DNA from: a virus
DNA length: 30,092 bases
UHGV virus genome: UHGV-0106597
Direction: 5' to 3' (one strand)
Shown here: positions 27,521-30,092 of the stretch, in pieces
Numbering within the stretch: the stretch's first letter is position 1
Layout of the letters: each line of letters opens with the position of its first letter
Notes under the pieces: model-generated
The model's database searches: none
Told to the model about the DNA's origin: nothing
The model's input: only the letters and a program-made list of their open reading frames with translations
Position numbers and translations under genes: made by a program

Positions 27521-28021
27521 TTAATGCAAATATTGCTCTGGTTTTACCGACGTCAGAATTGTCGGTGCATACTCAAACAGACTGAATAGTTCACGTAATG
27601 CACGGAATAAAGCATCACGCCAGTAACATGACTCTTCATTAATTCGCCAGTATGGCTGATTGAATTCTTTTTCAGTCAATCCGGCATGCATAAATAAAGT
27701 ACGACGCTGACTGACTGTTAAAAAACTAATATATGCATACTCACTTGCGCCAACCTGACGGCGTTTTGAGAATGCCCCACGCAATTCATCAATTGCACAA
27801 ACCAGCCGTTCACGTTCGACGTCGTTCATTTCTTCAAAACGCATCGTTGCGTGACGTTGTTTTAACTGCGCATGAAAGCAAACTGTTAGCCGTTCGCGCT
27901 CCATCATCTGATTATAATAATCACATGTATCCTGCCAACGAGGGACGGCAAGATGCTTACCAATTATCCGGCGCATAGCTGCTGGCTGTTTTTCGACGAG
28001 ATTGAGCGTCATCACTGTCAT
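27521..28021 (-). CDS. B: Replication protein B (helicase-loading accessory protein)
   Basis: 166 aa, same length and position as P2 gpB. Confidence 0.6.
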   Translation of the reverse strand: MTVMTLNLVEKQPAAMRRIIGKHLAVPRWQDTCDYYNQMMERERLTVCFHAQLKQRHATMRFEEMNDVERERLVCAIDELRGAFSKRRQVGASEYAYISFLTVSQRRTLFMHAGLTEKEFNQPYWRINEESCYWRDALFRALRELFSLFEYAPTILTSVKPEQYLH

Positions 28022-28215
28022 TTCCAGACCCTCCGGCTTTTCAGAAAGGTCAGAGCCTTCTTTAACGGACTCTGTTTTTTGGTGCGGATAATGATTCCCT
28101 TACGCCCCTTACCGTGGGTGATGGTGAAGTCAATCGCCCTGGGGCTTTCGTTACGCAATAACTGAGCAATACAACGCGGCTCATTCATAATCACAACCCC
28201 ATCCACAAAAGCCAT
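28018..28215 (-). CDS. Hypothetical small protein between cox and B
   Basis: 65-aa ORF; assigned by position only. Confidence 0.4.
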   Translation of the reverse strand: MAFVDGVVIMNEPRCIAQLLRNESPRAIDFTITHGKGRKGIIIRTKKQSPLKKALTFLKSRRVWK

Positions 28216-28478
28216 GCATCACGCTGTTCAACCGGTCGGTTATAAAACGCCTCACGTACAGCGCGATTAAACTCAGGAATGAAAACCCATTTTTCACCGG
28301 CACGAGCCTTCGGTTTGCAAGGATCACGCAATTCAATAATTGGTAATTTATTTGCCTTCACCATTTCACTGACGGCTGTCTTTGGCTTCCCTAATAAATC
28401 AGCAAATTTATCCACATGAACCGCATCAAGCGGATACTGAATCACATAATTTTCAGCGTCCATATATGGTACCCTCAT
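28191..28478 (-). CDS. cox: Cox, excisionase and repressor of the lysogenic promoter
   Basis: C-terminal ...GEKWVFIPEFN...NRPVEQRDAWLLWMGL resembles the P2 Cox C-terminus; first gene of the early operon, divergent from C. Confidence 0.7.
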   Translation of the reverse strand: MRVPYMDAENYVIQYPLDAVHVDKFADLLGKPKTAVSEMVKANKLPIIELRDPCKPKARAGEKWVFIPEFNRAVREAFYNRPVEQRDAWLLWMGL

Positions 28479-28599
28479 AGGATCCAGCTCTTTCTAAACC
28501 ACTCAAAACCGTTTAGACGCTGGTTTATTCTCAAATCAATGGAACCTATATAGGTTCCAGTTTTGAGGGAATTTAGTCCCTATATAGGCACCATGTCAA
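28479..28599. promoter_or_regulatory. Immunity switch region: expected divergent Pe/Pc promoters and operators
   Basis: 18-bp perfect palindrome ggaacctatataggttcc (28541..28558) and a second cctatatagg at 28579..28588; a further aaacc...ggttt dyad near 28496..28525. Confidence 0.55.
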
Positions 28600-28893
28600 A
28601 TGAAATTAAGCGAAAAGATTAAGGCCTTGCGTGAGGCTGAAGGGCTAAGCCAATCAAAATTCTGTGAAATCATAGAGTTACCGCTAAGCACACTTAAAAA
28701 ATATGAAGGAGGAAACTTTGAACCCGGTGGCACAGCTTTGCTAAAAATCACTATGCATCCCACATTCCAAAAATATGCTCTATGGCTTATGACAGATAAA
28801 ACCGCGCCGGACGCAGGACAAATCGCACCGGCTCTCGCGCACATTGGGCCAGAGTCAACAGAGTCCAACCACTCCGCGAAAAGGATTGGCTAA
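28600..28893 (+). CDS. C: Immunity repressor C
   Basis: 97 aa; C-terminal ...FQKYALWLMTDKTAPDAGQIAPALAHIGPE... resembles the P2 C repressor; N-terminal HTH. Confidence 0.8.
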   Translation: MKLSEKIKALREAEGLSQSKFCEIIELPLSTLKKYEGGNFEPGGTALLKITMHPTFQKYALWLMTDKTAPDAGQIAPALAHIGPESTESNHSAKRIG

Positions 28894-28962
28894 CTCTATA
28901 TAAAGATTACATTTTCACCATTTGCTACCAAGATGGTGAATACAGCGCCGGAGGGCTTTCTT

Positions 28963-29943
28963 ATGGCAATTAAGAAGCTCGATGATGGTCGCTATGAAGT
29001 GGACATTAGACCTCGCGGTCGCGACGGAAAACGCATCCGCAGGAAATTCGAAAGAAAAGCTGAAGCACTAGCATTTGAGCGATACACAATCGCCAATGCC
29101 AGTCAGAAAGAATGGGGAGGCCAGCGAGCAGACCGCCGGACTTTGAGTGAGTTGCTGGACATCTGGTGGAAATATCACGGGCAAAACCACGAGCATGGAA
29201 CAAAAGAGTTTAATCATCTACTCAAAACCATCAGCGGCATAGGTGATATACCAGTGAGCAGGATGAGTAAAAGGGCTTTGATGGATTATCGTTCCATGCG
29301 ACTACGTGATGGTATCAGTGCCGCAACGATAAACCGTGACATGTACAGATTATCCGGCATGTTCACAAAATTAATTCAATTGGATGAATTTTCCGGGCAA
29401 CACCCAATTCACGGACTGCCGCCACTGGCGGAGGCCAACCCTGAAATGACGTTCCTGGAAAAAGCAGAAATCGAAAAACTGTTAAATGTTTTGGCTGGTG
29501 ATGACTTACTTGTCGCGCTTTTATGTCTGAGCACTGGAGGAAGATGGACGGAAGTTGCCACGCTAAAACCAGCACAGATTACAAATTGCAGGGTTACCTT
29601 CCTGAAAACCAAAAACGGTAAAAAGCGAACCGTGCCGATTTCTGAGGAACTGGAGAAAAAAGTTAAAGAGGAGGCCAGCGCCAAATTATTCAAAGTTGAT
29701 TATGAGAAATTTTGCGGGATTTTACGCAGAGTGAAACCTGATATACCACCCAATCAGGCAACCCACATCCTGCGGCATACATTCGCAAGCCATTTCATGA
29801 TGAATGGGGGCAATATAATCGCACTGCAACAGATTCTGGGACATGCGAGCATTCAGCAGACGATGGCCTATGCGCACCTTGCGCCTGACTATCTGCAAAA
29901 TGCCGTCGCTCTGAATCCACTAAAAGGCGGAGTGACGTTATAA
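28963..29943 (+). CDS. int: Tyrosine integrase, P2 Int family
   Basis: Product starting MAIKKLDDGRYEVDIRPRGRDGKRIRRKF...; C-terminal HILRHTFASHFMMNGG...LGHASIQQTMAYAHL catalytic region. Confidence 0.9.
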   Translation: MAIKKLDDGRYEVDIRPRGRDGKRIRRKFERKAEALAFERYTIANASQKEWGGQRADRRTLSELLDIWWKYHGQNHEHGTKEFNHLLKTISGIGDIPVSRMSKRALMDYRSMRLRDGISAATINRDMYRLSGMFTKLIQLDEFSGQHPIHGLPPLAEANPEMTFLEKAEIEKLLNVLAGDDLLVALLCLSTGGRWTEVATLKPAQITNCRVTFLKTKNGKKRTVPISEELEKKVKEEASAKLFKVDYEKFCGILRRVKPDIPPNQATHILRHTFASHFMMNGGNIIALQQILGHASIQQTMAYAHLAPDYLQNAVALNPLKGGVTL

Positions 29944-29958
29944 ATTTCCCCCTCTGAG

Positions 29959-29977
29959 TGTCCACATAGTGTCCACA
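29959..29977. promoter_or_regulatory. Putative integrase arm-type binding sites (two direct TGTCCACA copies, int-proximal arm)
   Basis: tgtccacatagtgtccaca, same spacing and orientation as 132..150. Confidence 0.55.
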
Positions 29978-30059
29978 CTCAAGAAATTTTGAAACCGCTC
30001 CAAACCCTTACAGCTTTCGATAAGTAACTGTTTTTACTTTTGATTGCATGTAAGTATTT

Positions 30060-30092
30060 GATAAAAAAAACCCCCACATCATGTGGGGGAAG
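30060..30092. repeat. att core, right copy of the 33-bp direct repeat (truncated by window end)
   Basis: Identical to 37..69. Confidence 0.8.

Larger units (their letters stand above)
70..30059. mobile_element. P2-like integrated prophage (integrase, immunity, replication, cos, head, lysis, tail modules all present)
   Basis: Complete P2 gene order between the direct repeats; int adjacent to the right repeat, ogr adjacent to the left repeat. Confidence 0.9.

Noticed and set aside
1-30092. tRNA, rRNA, CRISPR arrays, IS elements or transposase genes
   Set aside because: No cloverleaf-like att-associated tRNA, no repeat-spacer arrays and no transposase-like ORFs were seen; the att core is a simple hairpin, not a tRNA 3' end.

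Overview
The window holds an essentially complete P2-like (Peduovirus-type) temperate prophage of about 30 kb, with only ~36 bp of host flank at the left edge. It is bounded by a 33-bp direct repeat (37..69 and 30060..30092, the right copy cut by the window end) that I read as the duplicated att core. Gene order is the classic P2 layout read in reverse: ogr, D, U, T, E/E+E', FII, FI, tail fibre module, I, J, W, V, S, R, lysis cassette (lysC/lysB/lysA/K/Y), X, L, M, N, O, then divergent P and Q, cos, an accessory slot, A, four small early ORFs, B, cox, the C repressor and int. All assignments rest on my recognition of translated products and synteny; no database search was run. Two regions depart from canonical P2. 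First, the tail fibre region carries a Hin/Gin-family serine DNA invertase and a ~1.84 kb invertible segment with two alternative fibre C-termini and two assembly chaperones, flanked by hix/gix-like crossover sites that I located in the sequence. Second, and most interesting, the slot between cos and gene A (where P2 carries old, tin and orf91) holds a strongly AT-rich island encoding a 298-aa protein I cannot assign to any family, preceded by two small translationally coupled ORFs, one of which looks like an ASCH/PUA-like domain protein with an HExxH motif. By position and composition this is the best candidate for an undescribed phage-borne accessory, possibly anti-phage, system. No tRNA, rRNA, CRISPR array or IS element was seen.
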